Below are positions 37,885 to 50,000 of a DNA stretch of 64,000 nt, piece by piece. The DNA lies in assembly GCF_030144855.1 (NCBI RefSeq), contig NC_082731.1:26846001-26910000 (forward strand), in the 5' to 3' direction. The position numbers and the translations under genes are program-made. Source of the DNA: Hypanus sabinus. Lineage: Eukaryota. Each line of letters opens with the position of its first letter. The stretch's first letter is position 1. Below the pieces are notes generated by a model. It had not been told where the DNA came from and searched no databases. It saw only the letters and a list, made by a program, of their open reading frames with translations.

Positions 37885-39148
37885 GATCCACCCAGATCCA
37901 GTTCCCCTCTTCACCCCAGCTCACTGTGACCCACCCAGATCCAGTTCCCCTCTTCACCTCAGCACCCCGTGACCCACCCAGATCCAGTTCTCCTCTTCAC
38001 TCCAGCACCCCATGACCCACCCAGATCCAGTTCCCCTCTTCACCCCAGCACCCTGTGACCCACCCAGATCCAGTTGCCCTCTTCACCCCAGCACCCTGTG
38101 ACCCACCCAGATCCAGTTCTCCTCCACCCCAGCACCCTGTGTCCCACCCAGATCAAGTTCCCCTCTTCACACCAGCACACTGTGATCCACCCAGATCCAG
38201 TTCCCCTCTTCACCCAGCACCCTGTGACCCACCCAGATCAAGTTCCCCTCTTCACTCCAGCACCCTGTGACCCACCCAGATCCAGTTCCCCTCTTCACCC
38301 CAGCACCCCGGGATCCACCCACATCGTTCCCCTCCACCCCAGTACCCCGTGACCCACTCAGATCCAGTTCCCCTCTTCACCCCAGCACCCTGTGGCCCAC
38401 CCAGATCCAGTTCCCCTCTTCACCCCAGCATCCTGTGACCCACCCAGATCCAGTTCTACTCCACCCCAGCACCCTGTCCCACCCAGATCAAGTTCCCCTC
38501 TTCACACCAGCACACTGTGACCCCCCCAGATCCAGTTCCCCTCCACCCCAGCACCCTGTGTCCCACCCAGATCAAGTTCCCCTCTTCACTCCAGCACCCT
38601 GTGACCCACCCAGATCCAGTTCCCCTCTTCACCCCAGCACCCCGAGATCCACCCACATCCAATTCCCCTCTTCACCCCAGCACCCCGTGACCCACCCAGA
38701 TCCAGTTCCCCTCTTCACCCCAGCACCCTGACCCACCCAGATCCAGTTCCCCTCCACCCCAGCACCCTGTGTCCCACCCAGATCAAGTTCCCCTCTTCAC
38801 TCCAGCACCCTGACCCACCCAGATCCAGTTCCCCTCCACCCCAGCACCCTGTGTCCCACCCAGATCAAGTTCCCCTCTTCACTCCAGCACCGTGTCCCAC
38901 CCAGATCAAGTTCCCCTCTTCACTCCAGCATCCTGTGACCCACCCAGATCCAGTTCCCCTCCACCCTAGCACCCTGTGACCCACCCAGATCCAGTTCTCC
39001 TCTTCACCCCAGCACGCTGTGTCCCACCCAGATCCAGTTCCCCTCTTCACCCCAGCACCCTGTGACCCACCCAGATCCAGTTCCCCTCTTCACCTCTGCA
39101 CCCTGTGACCCACCCAGATCCAGTTCCCCTCTTCACCCCAGCACCCTG
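37885..39148. repeat. Tandem minisatellite, ~30 units of 41-43 bp (consensus CACCCAGATCCAGTTCCCCTCTTCACCCCAGCACCCTGTGACC), in the J-C intron
   Basis: Unit starts at 38018, 38061, 38104 and 38145 give periods of 43, 43 and 41; C-rich + strand, G-rich - strand. Confidence 0.97.
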
Positions 39149-40344
39149 CTGTCAGTTTGATGGGTGTTTTTATAAAGACCCAGAGGAACACTGATCCAGA
39201 CAGAACTGTACTTACCACCTGCTGGTCCCGGGATGTAAAAGATCCTCAGCTGCAATCCTCAGCTGACATTATTGTGCCTCCTGCACTGCCAACACTGAGC
39301 AGCTCAGGGAACATCTGTGGGGTGAAAACAGAGTTAATGTTTCACATCAGTGACCCTTCACCAGACTCTGTCAGTCTGATTGCTGGCAACTATGCCATTT
39401 CCAGTTTTATTTTACTGAATTTGTTTTGATGAAAACAAGTGTTTTTCATTGACTTCTGCAAATCTAGAACATCCCAGTGCCTTTCCCAACCCAGCAAGTA
39501 CTTCTGCAGTGCGTCACTTCATATGGGGGACTAAACCTGCAGCTTATCTGCATTTTGTTCCCACAAACTGAACTACAACATGACAATCTAGTCTGTGTAT
39601 TGTTGGAAGGGAATGGTCACTTTTAGCCTGCAATTACTAAAGCTCCCCACCACTGCAAATTCCTCATCTGGATCTTGATTGTGCCGTAGATGAATAGACC
39701 GGCACTATTTGGTTGTAGGTCACCCAAATGGTCCCAGATGCTTGGTCCAGCAATTCCGTTGTTTTTGGGGGTTAACGTTGATAAAGAGCAGTGAGGTTCC
39801 TTCAGCCCTCAGCTGACCAGCTCGTTCCTGAGCTGCTGTGTACCTGGGAGGCTGAGGACAGTGTGGGTGAAATGGTGCTGGCTGTGGCTGGCAATTCCAA
39901 AGGGAATCACCAGTGTTCAGCCACTTACACTAGAGTCAGTCCCAGAGTTCCACAGACCACTGTACCCCAGGATTTACTGAGTGACAGATGCCTCCAGAGT
40001 TGTTACCACACTCTACCACATGACACCGGGTCCTACTGGAATTCCCAGGGTAACACTGTGAAATCCAGCTCCACATTTCCCTCACAGGCTGGACCTGAAA
40101 AAGGATCAGATTCCCCATTTACCTGACTGGGGATTTTGAGCTTGGGAAGGGATATGGTCAGGAATGATTTCTGGCAGATTATTATAGTTTAGTGCATTTC
40201 AGATGTATAATTTTAAGCAAGCTATGCTAAATTAATTGTTGCCACAGGAAGTTACATCAACTTTAATGTTTCCCAGACATTTCAAACCTGTTAAATTACA
40301 TGACAGAATTGACCCAAGACAATCCCTGCCCCACAATTACCAAG

Positions 40345-40600
40345 CATAGAAACATAGAAAACCTACAGCACCATATACCGCAATGCTGTGCCGAACATGT
40401 ACTTACTTTAAAAATTACCTGGGGTTAGCCATAGCCCTCTATTTTTCTAAGCTTCATATACATATCCAGGAGTCTCTAAAAAGACCCTACAGTATCCACC
40501 TCCACAACAATGCTAGCAGCCCATTCCATGCAATCACCACTCTCTGTGTAAAAAATTACCCCTGGCATTTCCTCTGTACCTACTTCCAAGCACCAAGCAT
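40345..40600 (-). mobile_element. CR1 LINE 3' end fragment
   Basis: Reverse complement of the CR1 3'UTR; ends in a CATAGAAA repeat. Confidence 0.65.
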
Positions 40601-41484
40601 CAGGGTGTTCTGGACCCAGAGTCCCTGCAGGGTGCTGCTTGAGGCTATTTAATGCTGAGGCCACGATACACCTCACCACAAGCCTACAGCATCCAGAAAC
40701 CCAGTGGGATCCCACCTTTCCCTACATGTAGAAGTGTGGGGAGAGTCCCAGCAGGTTAGAACCAGCACCATTCAGCCCGGTCTGTGTGGACATGGTCCAG
40801 TTGGCACCGTGCCCTGTGCTTTCTCTCCTGTGACACTTCACTCACAGCACAGGTCAGCTTGTCCCCGTTTCACAGAAGTTGTGTCCCCGGTGGGGAGTCT
40901 GACATCAGCATTTCACTGGTTGTTTCAGGCTCAGTCTGAAGGAATGAGAAAGGGACCATTTCTCTGTTCTGCCTGTCCTGTCAACCTGAATCAACTGTGT
41001 TTGCTCAGGAAGGCAAATGTTCTGCGTTCACAGTCCCCAGAGTCACCTGGAAATGGTTTTAAACAATGCAGCTGTCATTATTGACCAGTTAAACTATATT
41101 GATTCCTATTTACTTGTTATATTTATTTACTTGTATTTATTCTATTTGAAACCCAGATTTCAATATTTTATGGTCTTTGTCCTGGAGTGCATACTGTGAA
41201 CTGAATATCTCATTATTTTGCTCCTGGTTGAAATTGCAACCTTCCCACCACTCCACTTCTCCTCCCGATGTTGAGTTTACTGCCCTTTCGATAGCAGAAT
41301 CAATCTGAACCCTGTGTGTGTCTGTTGACCATCTTACTGTTGGACAACAAAGTCCACATCTTCTGTAATTCACACTGTCTGACACATACTCTCCCACTAG
41401 TCTCCTACTCCCTGAGTTCCTGCATGTTCTGCTGTGTCCACACAGTCTTTTTGGGTGATTTTAACCTCATCCACCAGCAACAAT

Positions 41485-41630
41485 CTGTCATTGACAGAGT
41501 CAATCATGAGGTAAATGACGTCACGTGGGTGGGTCAGAACAAACCCCGTCCACAACACTGTCCAAGGTAATTCTGACAACTGGTCAAACCACATCTCCTC
41601 AACATATCCACCTGTCAAAGCTGTCAATTG
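41485..41630. promoter_or_regulatory. Candidate J-C intronic enhancer (overlapping CRE + E-box, further E-boxes, TGACA palindrome)
   Basis: TGACGTCACGTG at 41516-41527; CAACTG 41577; CACCTG 41609; CTGTCA-T-TGACAG 41485-41497. Motif evidence only. Confidence 0.35.
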
Positions 41631-42568
41631 GTCAATTCATTAATTGATCTTGACGCTTTTAACTACCTTGGTAAGTCAACACATCTCATTTTCCAGTGAA
41701 CTGAATTGAGAACCAGTGCGTTCAAGTGTATTTTGCACCTTAAGTGGCTGGGAATTGACACAACCCGCATTTCCTCACGGGACTCTCTGGGCTGGTCGTT
41801 CAGTGAGAATATCACCTACATCTAACGGCATTTTGAGATTCCTCCATCTGCCTAGGAATCTTATCTGTTGGCCAACACTTCTCCACAGAGTCTGGACTAA
41901 TATATTTCCACAGTTCCTCTGTCCTTTCTGATGCAAGTTACCATTCCCTCCCGGTTACCCAGTAGTTTCCACAGGCTCAGTGGGGTTGAAAAAATTGCTC
42001 AGTCACACACGGTAAATATATGAGGCAGTGTCAGCTGTATCATGTAGTCTGTTGAGTTGAATTTCAGAAGCAGAGTCCATTTCCCAACCTCCACTATATT
42101 GCACACATGGTGCTGGAGACCAGGTACCACTATATCCACACCAATCACTCCTCTCATCAACAGCAACACTGAACTGCTCAGAATTATTCAAATAAGTTAC
42201 TTCTAAACCTTACTTCTTCTGTAAACTCTGCTGATCAGGGGCTAACAGACTTTTCAGAATCAGAAATTGTATTTGGATGAGAGACAGATTGTCACTTTGG
42301 TATTTTGACTGAAATCTGACCAATCGGACAGATTGCCTCAGTCCCGCTCTGAAGTGTTGGCCTGGACTGTGAGCCCTAGTTGCCACTGTGGGATTGATCC
42401 ACACCCTCCTACCTCAGTGACACAGACTCACAGCTGAGTGTTAAAATGATATCGGCTTTGTTTGATGGGCTGAATAATTTTGAGAATTACTGCTTTATAT
42501 AATGTCTCCTTTCTCTGTCAGTAATGCATTTATTTAGGGAACCATCTGTGAATTTCTTTCTATTTCAG

Positions 42569-42880
42569 AGGACAAGTCTGTGCCATCAGTCTACATCATA
42601 CCTTCCTGTAACAGAGAATCTGACCAAGGTATCAGGCTCCTCTGTCTGGTCAAGGACTATCAGCCGGAGAGCATCAGTCAGGCATGGTCCACTAACAGTG
42701 GGGACATCACCACAGGAATCAAGAACTACCCGGCAGTGTTGGGGCAAAATTCAAAGTACACAATGAGCAGCTTGCTCGAAGTCTCTGCGGCAGACTTGAA
42801 GAATAAAGTCTACTACTGCAAGGCAGGGTACAAGCCAAACGAGATTAAGACAGCGGAGTGGCAGAAACCTCAACCTCAAC
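42569..42880 (+). CDS. IgW: IgW constant exon CH1
   Basis: TTTCAG acceptor and GTTAGT donor, 312 nt, phase 1; C1-set domain (LLCLVKDYQP...W...YYC). Confidence 0.97.
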
Positions 42881-43757
42881 GTTAGTATCAGAAATAATTT
42901 ATATTTAAAGCTGCACTGATGTCAGAACATAAATCTGGAGTAGGAAGCTTTGTCAGATAATGTAGGAGCATGGCAACTAACTCCTTTATTCTGCTCTTAC
43001 AATGGCAGTGAGAAACATATGAAAGTCGATATGAGCAGCGAAACTCGGTATCAGGATCTGCCTCCATTGTATCCACTCCATTGTCTAAGTTCAGGAGCCT
43101 CTCCACCACCCCCTCCCACTAAACCCTCCCTACAGATCAGCTCCTGTACACGTACAGAGACGGCTGGCTCATCGTACCCCTGCACACAGAACAACAATTT
43201 AAACTTTACCCTACTCCTCCTGCACTTTCCCCTTCACCCTGAGCTGCCCCTCTTCTGGTAAAAGCATCCCTGGTGAATGTGATGACGGAATCCACTCCAC
43301 TGCCCTTCTTTAACCATCTTCTCACAGATCTGAACCAGCCTTTGAGGTTACAACAAAATAATTCCCTCCTGTCCATCTGTTCTTCTTTCCCATTGAAAGT
43401 AAAATTGTGTTTCCCAAACTCACCAGTGGAAACAGTACCACACCATGTACTCCTGCTCACAGGAGCTGGCCTCAGTCATTCTCCATTAAACAATTAGATC
43501 ACGGCAGGTCTACACCATAACCCCATGACCCACCTCTCTGCATTATCATAGCATAGTGGGACACGCTGCTGGGAGGCCCAAGTGATACACCCAGCCCTCC
43601 CACTCACTGGTGTGAACCATCAGATCATCAGATCAGCTGTAAATTAACAACATTCTTGAGAGGGCTGGAACTGGGGAACTAGACCATGATGAAGGGGAAT
43701 GAAGTCAAAAACATGGGCCAAGCAATCATGTACTGACAGATATTAAATGTGTTACAG

Positions 43758-44057
43758 CTCCGAAGCTCAGCTCCCTTGTTCCATCCCGGGAGATGATCCA
43801 CAGTCAAGCAAATGCTGTCCTGGGCTGTGTGATATCTGGATTCTCTCCCGACAACATTCAGGTATCCTGGAAAAAAGCTGGATCTGCCCAAAAAGGCATC
43901 GTTCTCCCTTCCACTCAGAGATCTAATGGTACATTTGAAACAATCACTTACCTGACAGTGCCTGTGCAGGAATGGACCAAGAAACAGGAATATACTTGTG
44001 AAGTGAAGCACGCACTTTCCGGTTTCAGTGGTCAGGTCAACATGACGTATCAAGAGG
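43758..44057 (+). CDS. IgW: IgW constant exon CH2
   Basis: TTACAG acceptor and GTGAGT donor, 300 nt; LGCVISGFSPDNIQVSW...EWTKKQEYTC. Confidence 0.97.
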
Positions 44058-44738
44058 GTGAGTAAACTCTGAAGAAAAATTAATTAACTTACAGCACTAA
44101 ACTACCTAACTGATTCTCCCACACAATTCCTGTCCCTACGGTCAATCTTGTTGAGTGATGTACAGATGATCTTTGCTCTTTGAATCAACTCATATCACCA
44201 GCAGCTTTAACCCCATCTACTGGGCTGGAAAGGTGTAAGATTGGGGTCACCTGTCCACTGTGTCTCAATAGTTTTAGTTATCTCTGTTTGTAGTTATATT
44301 GAAAATAAGTTAGTGAGCAAAGCTCACATCTCATGCTTTAGAATCTGGAGAAAATCTCCCTTTCCCATTTTCACTGTCTTCTCAGTGTTAGTTCCTCAAA
44401 GAATATCTCTGCAATTTTGTATTTGCTTCAGTCCCCAGTCTTTGTTTCCAGTGTTTCCTGAGAGACTCTTCTGTCGATTGTCCACTCACTGAAATGTAGG
44501 TGCCTGGATGATTTTTGAATTGATGCCCAATCCTTGAGTGAATGTTGTGTCCTTGTGTCCTCAGATCCTTGACCAGGTTCAGAGAGCACATGCATTTATC
44601 ATGGCTGACACAACCTCATCCCGATAGGATGCGATATACAGAGGACAGAGAGTGGGAATATGTGGGGCTCCCTTTTTCCAAGCTTGGGAAAAGAGCTGAA
44701 AATATCTAACACTTAAATCTATGAATTTGCATTTCCAG

Positions 44739-44869
44739 GTGGAAACTGTCCCAGCTGTTTTTTGAAGGCTGTGCCAAGGTTCTTTTACCAGAGTAATCTC
44801 AATGCAACATTCTCAGATGGTTCAACCCAAGAGTATCATTGTTCAGCAGGAAACTGTCAAATAAAGTGA
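44739..44869 (+). CDS. IgW: IgW short-form Cys-rich secretory-tail exon (GGNCPSCFLKAVPRFFYQSNLNATFSDGSTQEYHCSAGNCQIK*); not in the ORF track
   Basis: ATTTCCAG acceptor, in phase 1 with the CH2 donor; 43 codons to TGA; 4 Cys. It resembles the recalled elasmobranch IgW/IgX short-form tail (YQSNLN..FSDGSTQ.YHC.AG.C.IK). Confidence 0.92.
44860..44865 (+). terminator. Polyadenylation signal AATAAA overlapping the last sense codons of the Sec exon
   Basis: CAA ATA AAG TGA; no other canonical hexamer seen in the next ~150 bp. Confidence 0.6.
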
Positions 44870-44959
44870 TTGGCTGTGTATACAATTCGTCATTGATTTC
44901 ATTACAATCCATTTCCTGGATTCCAGACCTGCCCCTGGTATCCATTGGGATGGAAATTT

Positions 44960-45650
44960 AACAGAGAGAGAAGAAAATACATTATTCAAACTGACTACCT
45001 CTCCAACCACATTTCTATTTGACTTTCTATTATCCTTGTGGCCACCTTTTTCAATTTGACTTCCCATTCCCATTCTGACATGTCTGTCCATGGTCTCCTC
45101 TACTGCCCTGGTGAGGCCAAAGTCAGGTTGGAGTAGCAACACCTCATATTCCATCCAGATATCTGCCAGCCTGATAGCTTGAGTTCTAATTTCTGCAACC
45201 TCCAGTAATCTCCCCCGGTTCTTTATTCCCCTTTTTTTCTAATTACCGTATTAGATACCGCCTCATTCTATCACTTCTCCTCATCTGCCCATCATCTCCA
45301 TTTGGATCCCCTTCTCTTGAACACTTCTCTCCATGGTGCACTGTCCTGTCAGATTCTTTCTGCTTCTGCTTCAGCCATTTATCTCTTCCACTTATCCCCC
45401 ACCAGCTTCTTACTTCATACCCCCTCCCCATCCACACCCTTTCCCCCTCACCTGGTCTCACCTCTCATCTGACAGAATGTATTCCTCACCACTCTACTCA
45501 GCTCTTATTCTGGCTTCTGCACATTTCCTTTCCAGGGCCGGTGAAGCCGTTCAGCCTGAAAGATTGACTGTTTTTTTCCCTGCATAGATGCTGCCTGACT
45601 TCCCGTGTTCCTCCAGCATTTTGTGTGTGTTGTTCAACATTTTCAGCATC
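44960..45650 (+). mobile_element. Penelope-like 3' fragment (GIY-YIG C-terminus remnant plus terminal repeat)
   Basis: Homologous to 17100-17494 (GGTTGGAG.AGCAACAC.TCATAT.CC and GATGCTGCCTGAC). Confidence 0.7.
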
Positions 45651-47628
45651 TGTAGTATCTCTTGTGTTTCTGGTTGTCCACACACTCATTCATTTGTGTA
45701 CATTGTTGCTTCAGTGTGACACAGATTCTAATTCCAGTTTTCTTGGCCTGATTCCCTCCTGTCTGACTCCAGTCAGCAAGAACTGGAACCTGTCTTTCAC
45801 CTAGTGGCTGTGAGGCACGAGGTGATGAAGGTGAACGGGGCTGAAATTCCAAATTGACTCAGTCAAAGGACGGATGACCCTTTGATAATGTTGGCACAAG
45901 ACAAATTTGTGAGACAAGACACAGGGGTCTACCCAGTCTGCTGTCCATTTGCAAAGTTACATTGATCCATGTGCAGGACACTGAATTCAGTCCAAAAGGG
46001 AAACTCAGTGATCCCAAGGAATGTCCAAAGGAGAATGTTTTTATAGAATTACCCAAGCATTGACAGGATATGCTTCTTGTGGAATAACACCAGCATTCAG
46101 CAATAAGGGGAGCTATCTTGACTCGGTCAGATTTTATGAGAGGATCACATTTCCCAGGGACTGCTGAACATCAAGAGCAGGCTGATAGGGGACCTAACTG
46201 AGAAACCTGCAGAAAACATATTTAACAACATCACAGTGCTGATTAATCTGGGATTGACAATTCTGTGACTCTTCAGTGTACACCTAGGTTTGCAGATTTG
46301 TGATATTACACGACAACAATGATCATGTAGACTGCATGCATGGACTTACAGTTTTAAAAGAAAATTGCTCATAATCTTACTGAAATGGGAAAGGTTAAGA
46401 AATACATATCATACTTTGTCAGATGATCTGTCCCAGTCAGACTGGAACTGTGTGTGTTACATCTGCTCTTTCTTCAGACAAAGACACTGACTCACAGTCT
46501 CACTGAAGGTCTCAACCATGACACAAACACAATCAGCCTCCACACTAAATGTCAAAGAGCAAAAGGGGACCGAGTGTGTAAATGGTGTATACAAAGTGCA
46601 GAGAGCTGCAATGTCCGTGAACTGATGATCGTGCATTGGGAGACGGCCTCAACAACTTCACACAAAACCAACAATAACCCAGAGGACAGGTGACCCAACA
46701 TTTGATCAAAGAGCTGTTTTATTCATTTATCATTTCCTATAAATCACTGATCACTCTGGAACTGAGGGACTTGCTGCCTCATTCCTGATGGTGATTCAGG
46801 TTCAGCCGTGTTGCTGCAGGTCTGGAGTCACAGACCAGCCGGATCAGATGGGACTTCTCTCCGGAAGTTATCACAGGGAATGACACTACAAATACCTCCA
46901 TAGACATGTTTCTGTTCCCAAAAGCATTGATGAATTGAATTTAAACTCCCATCCACCAGGTTGGGATTTGAACCCATTTTGCCAGTTCATCAGCCCAGCA
47001 ACTTAACGATACATTCTGACCATGGCTGCTCATTTCAAGAGAGACAGAGGCTTCAACGTTTGTAAGCAGGAATGCTAAAACCACAGGCACCAGCAGAAGT
47101 AGTGCCCATTTATGAATGAGCAGAGTTGAAAGAACATGATGTTTTCTGAAGTTTGTCTGGGTTTTGAAGGTTGCAGGGATGAGAAGAGGCACAGCCACAG
47201 TGAGACTGGAATGTCGGGATGTGAGGTTATTAAACTGAGTGAATCCCCGGCTCAGCCCAGACGAAGAAAGGGATTCTCATTGATTCACAGTGTTCATTGA
47301 TACTGATCAATGGCACTGAGTCTCCAAGCAAATAATATACTGAGCTATGTCTCTGCTGAGAAATCTGCATGCTTCTCTGTCTCAGAGTGAACCAATTGAT
47401 ACAGTTAATAGAAAGGGATTCAAAACCGAGTTAGCATATCCTTTGTTCTGATTTCCTTTTCTGAATCAAAACTTGGAGGAATATGAGACACGTGATTCAG
47501 TCCTGGGTGTTTCTGTTATTCTGTTTGCATTAAATGCAGCTGTCATGTACTGATGATCTGTCTTGACCTAACACAACCAATAGAAATGTTTCCATTAGAT
47601 TCTGAGCATTTCCATTTCTAATCCACAG

Positions 47629-47931
47629 AATTGTCAGTCTTTATTCAAAATCCTGACATTGAAGAGATGTGGATCGACAAGACTGCTACCGTGAAGTGTA
47701 CGGTTCTCTGTACAGATCCTGAAGATATCCACATCTCTTGGCATGTGGGCGGGAAGGAGAAAACTAAAGGAATTCACACCCATCAAGCAGAGAGGGATGG
47801 GTCCCAATACAGAGTGCTCAGCGAACTCCAGATCAGTGTGGAGGAGTGGTTCAGTGGGGTAGAGTACGAGTGCTCTGCTCAGGAATCTCCTTCATCTTCC
47901 CGAGTGTCAGCACGGACCAATAGTACCAAAG
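47629..47931 (+). CDS. IgW: IgW constant exon CH3
   Basis: CCACAG acceptor and GTGGGT donor, 303 nt; TATVKC...ISW...EEWFSGVEYEC. Confidence 0.97.
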
Positions 47932-48016
47932 GTGGGTCAGAGACCAGTGATTAAATGGCCAGCATTAGTTACCTGAGTCAAAATGTTTGACATTTCTGTT
48001 TTCTTGTCTCTTCCAG

Positions 48017-48334
48017 TCCAGATAAAAAGTCCCAAGGTCAGACTGCTGCCTCCACCTCAGGAAGAGACCAAGAAAAGGCAAATGGCCACACTGGAGTGTG
48101 TGGTCTCTGGATTCTTCCCGGACCAAATAAATGTCATTTGGAAGAAAGGCAGCACCGTGATCACCTCCAACACCAGCGCTACACCGACCGCTCTGGAGCA
48201 GGGGTGGAGTTTCAGTGCCAGACACTTCCTGACCGTGAAGTTACAGGAGTGGAAGACAGAATCAGTCTTCAGCTGTACAGTGAATCATCCCCCCTCCAAC
48301 AGCAGTATCAAGAAGCAAGTGAAGAACGTCCTAG
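48017..48334 (+). CDS. IgW: IgW constant exon CH4
   Basis: 85-bp intron from CH3; TTCCAG acceptor and GTAAGG donor, 318 nt; TLECVVSGFFPDQINVIW...VFSC. Confidence 0.97.
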
Positions 48335-49130
48335 GTAAGGTCCTGGTACTCACAACATCATCAAAATTGTTTACATTGTGCTATGAATTCAAGGTAAACA
48401 CTAAATCACAGTGTAGTTCTGGCTTAGTTAATTGAGGGAACTGATAAAGTTCAAAGTACAAAGTACATTTATCATCAAAGTCTGTGCACCATATACAACC
48501 TTGAGATTCTCTTCTTGCAGGCAGCCACAAAACAAAGAAACACAATAGAATTCAGAGGGTATGATTCCATGCAGTGTAACTCTATAATTCTAAAATTCAA
48601 GTTGTGCAAATAATAAAATTTAAACAAACAATCAACAGAACCTGAAACGCAGAGTCCCCTGAAGTAAATCCACAGCCACGTCACCGGTTCAGCACTGCAA
48701 CCGGTCCAGGAGACCAATGGCTGCAGGCCACGGCCACAGAGCCAGGCTCAGTGCTGAGGTGAGTGCTGATGGTTGCAAGCTGCAGCTGCAGGGTCATTTC
48801 AGTGCTGAGGTGAGGGAAGCCTCATAGAGTAGTGCACCGAATTCCTAATTCACCTTCACCTTCTATGCCTTAATCTTTTTAATCTCAAATGGCACTGAAA
48901 AATGGTCAATCATCTGTTTGTTTCTGCTTTCAACCAACATAATCCAGGCTTTCACCATAGAAATAAGTGTATCCCAGAAAATATTTTCAGAACTTGAGGG
49001 GGATCTGGATCATTTCACTGGTCAGGCTCTCTGGAGATCACTGATACTTGTCTTCAAAATGCTCCCTCCCTCTGACATTGAACATTATCCCAGCCTCTGA
49101 TTAGTGCCTCAGTTGTGACTGAATTTCCAG

Positions 49131-49186
49131 CAGAGCAGCTCTCCCTCTGCTCCTGTGTGGGAACAGTCAGCCTGGACAATGTGTAG
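49131..49186 (+). CDS. Possible second interspersed secretory exon (AEQLSLCSCVGTVSLDNV*)
   Basis: ATTTCCAG acceptor in phase with the CH4 donor, short Cys-containing peptide, TAG stop; no canonical polyA signal nearby. Confidence 0.3.
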
Positions 49187-49679
49187 AAGCCTCTGGAGGG
49201 CGGCTTGAACACACAACATTCTGACAAAGCAGAGGCAAATGTTAGTTACACCTTGAGGAAAAAAGGTATTTTTAAGCATTTGTGACAAAAAGTAAATCTT
49301 TCTGCTACTCCCATTCTGAAATATGAAGTGTATTTTCAGAAATATTTTCACTTGAAACTTTGCTCCTGTTCCACCGACACAATCTGAAATACTGGTTATT
49401 TTCTGTATTTGTTTTAATAAGTGGCTGGTAACAGTTTAAGTGACCATGAAACTACAAGAACAATGTAAGGGCCAATCTTGTTCACTTACGTTCCCTCAGG
49501 GTGTTTACCCTGTCTACTCAATAGGGGAGATTCCTTTCTTCACCAATGTAGATTGGTCTCATCTCATCTTGATGGGACTGGCAAATCATTGACCAGAGAT
49601 GAACAGAAATGCTGGTCTTGTCAGTGACAAACTCGTCTATTGGGGAATGGTGAAATAATAATTGTGACGTTTCTCCCAG

Positions 49680-50000
49680 ATGACTGTCCAGATACCCACC
49701 TCTCAGTCACTTTAAGCAAACCTTCCTTCGAAGAGATCTGGACAAAGAGGACAGCAACCATTCTGTGTGAGGTGGTTCACAGTGATTTACAGGGATTCAG
49801 TGTAACCTGGCAGGTGGACGGAAGGAAGAGGGAAGATGGGGTGAGGACTCCGGGCCCAGACAGCAACGGAGGTGAAGACATGATCACCAGCAGACTGACA
49901 GTCCTTGCTGCAGAGTGGAACAGTGGGGCTGAGTTCTCGTGTGTGATAGAGGATGAGAGTTTGCCAACACCGGTGAAGAAATCCATCAGGAAGGACACAG
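49680..50000 (+). CDS. IgW: IgW constant exon CH5
   Basis: TTCTCCCAG acceptor and GTACGT donor, 321 nt; TATILC...VTW...EWNSGAEFSC. Confidence 0.97.

Noticed and set aside
38055-39050. Pro/His-rich ORFs
   Set aside because: They are translations of the tandem repeat, with no splice signals or domain similarity.
37922-39110. Cryptic RSS heptamers (CCCTGTG in most repeat units; exact CACTGTG at 37922, 38178, 38513)
   Set aside because: No nonamer-like sequence at 12 or 23 bp spacing; not called as RSS or extra J/D segments.
44725-44732. Perfect octamer ATTTGCAT
   Set aside because: Single 8-mer inside the Sec exon acceptor tract, expected by chance in 64 kb, with no supporting motif cluster.
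48521-48617. Acceptor, short ORF (GSHKTKKHNRIQRV*) and AATAAA after CH4 as a secretory exon
   Set aside because: The sequence resembles the repeat end at ~56925-57010, so it is TE-derived, and it has no Cys.
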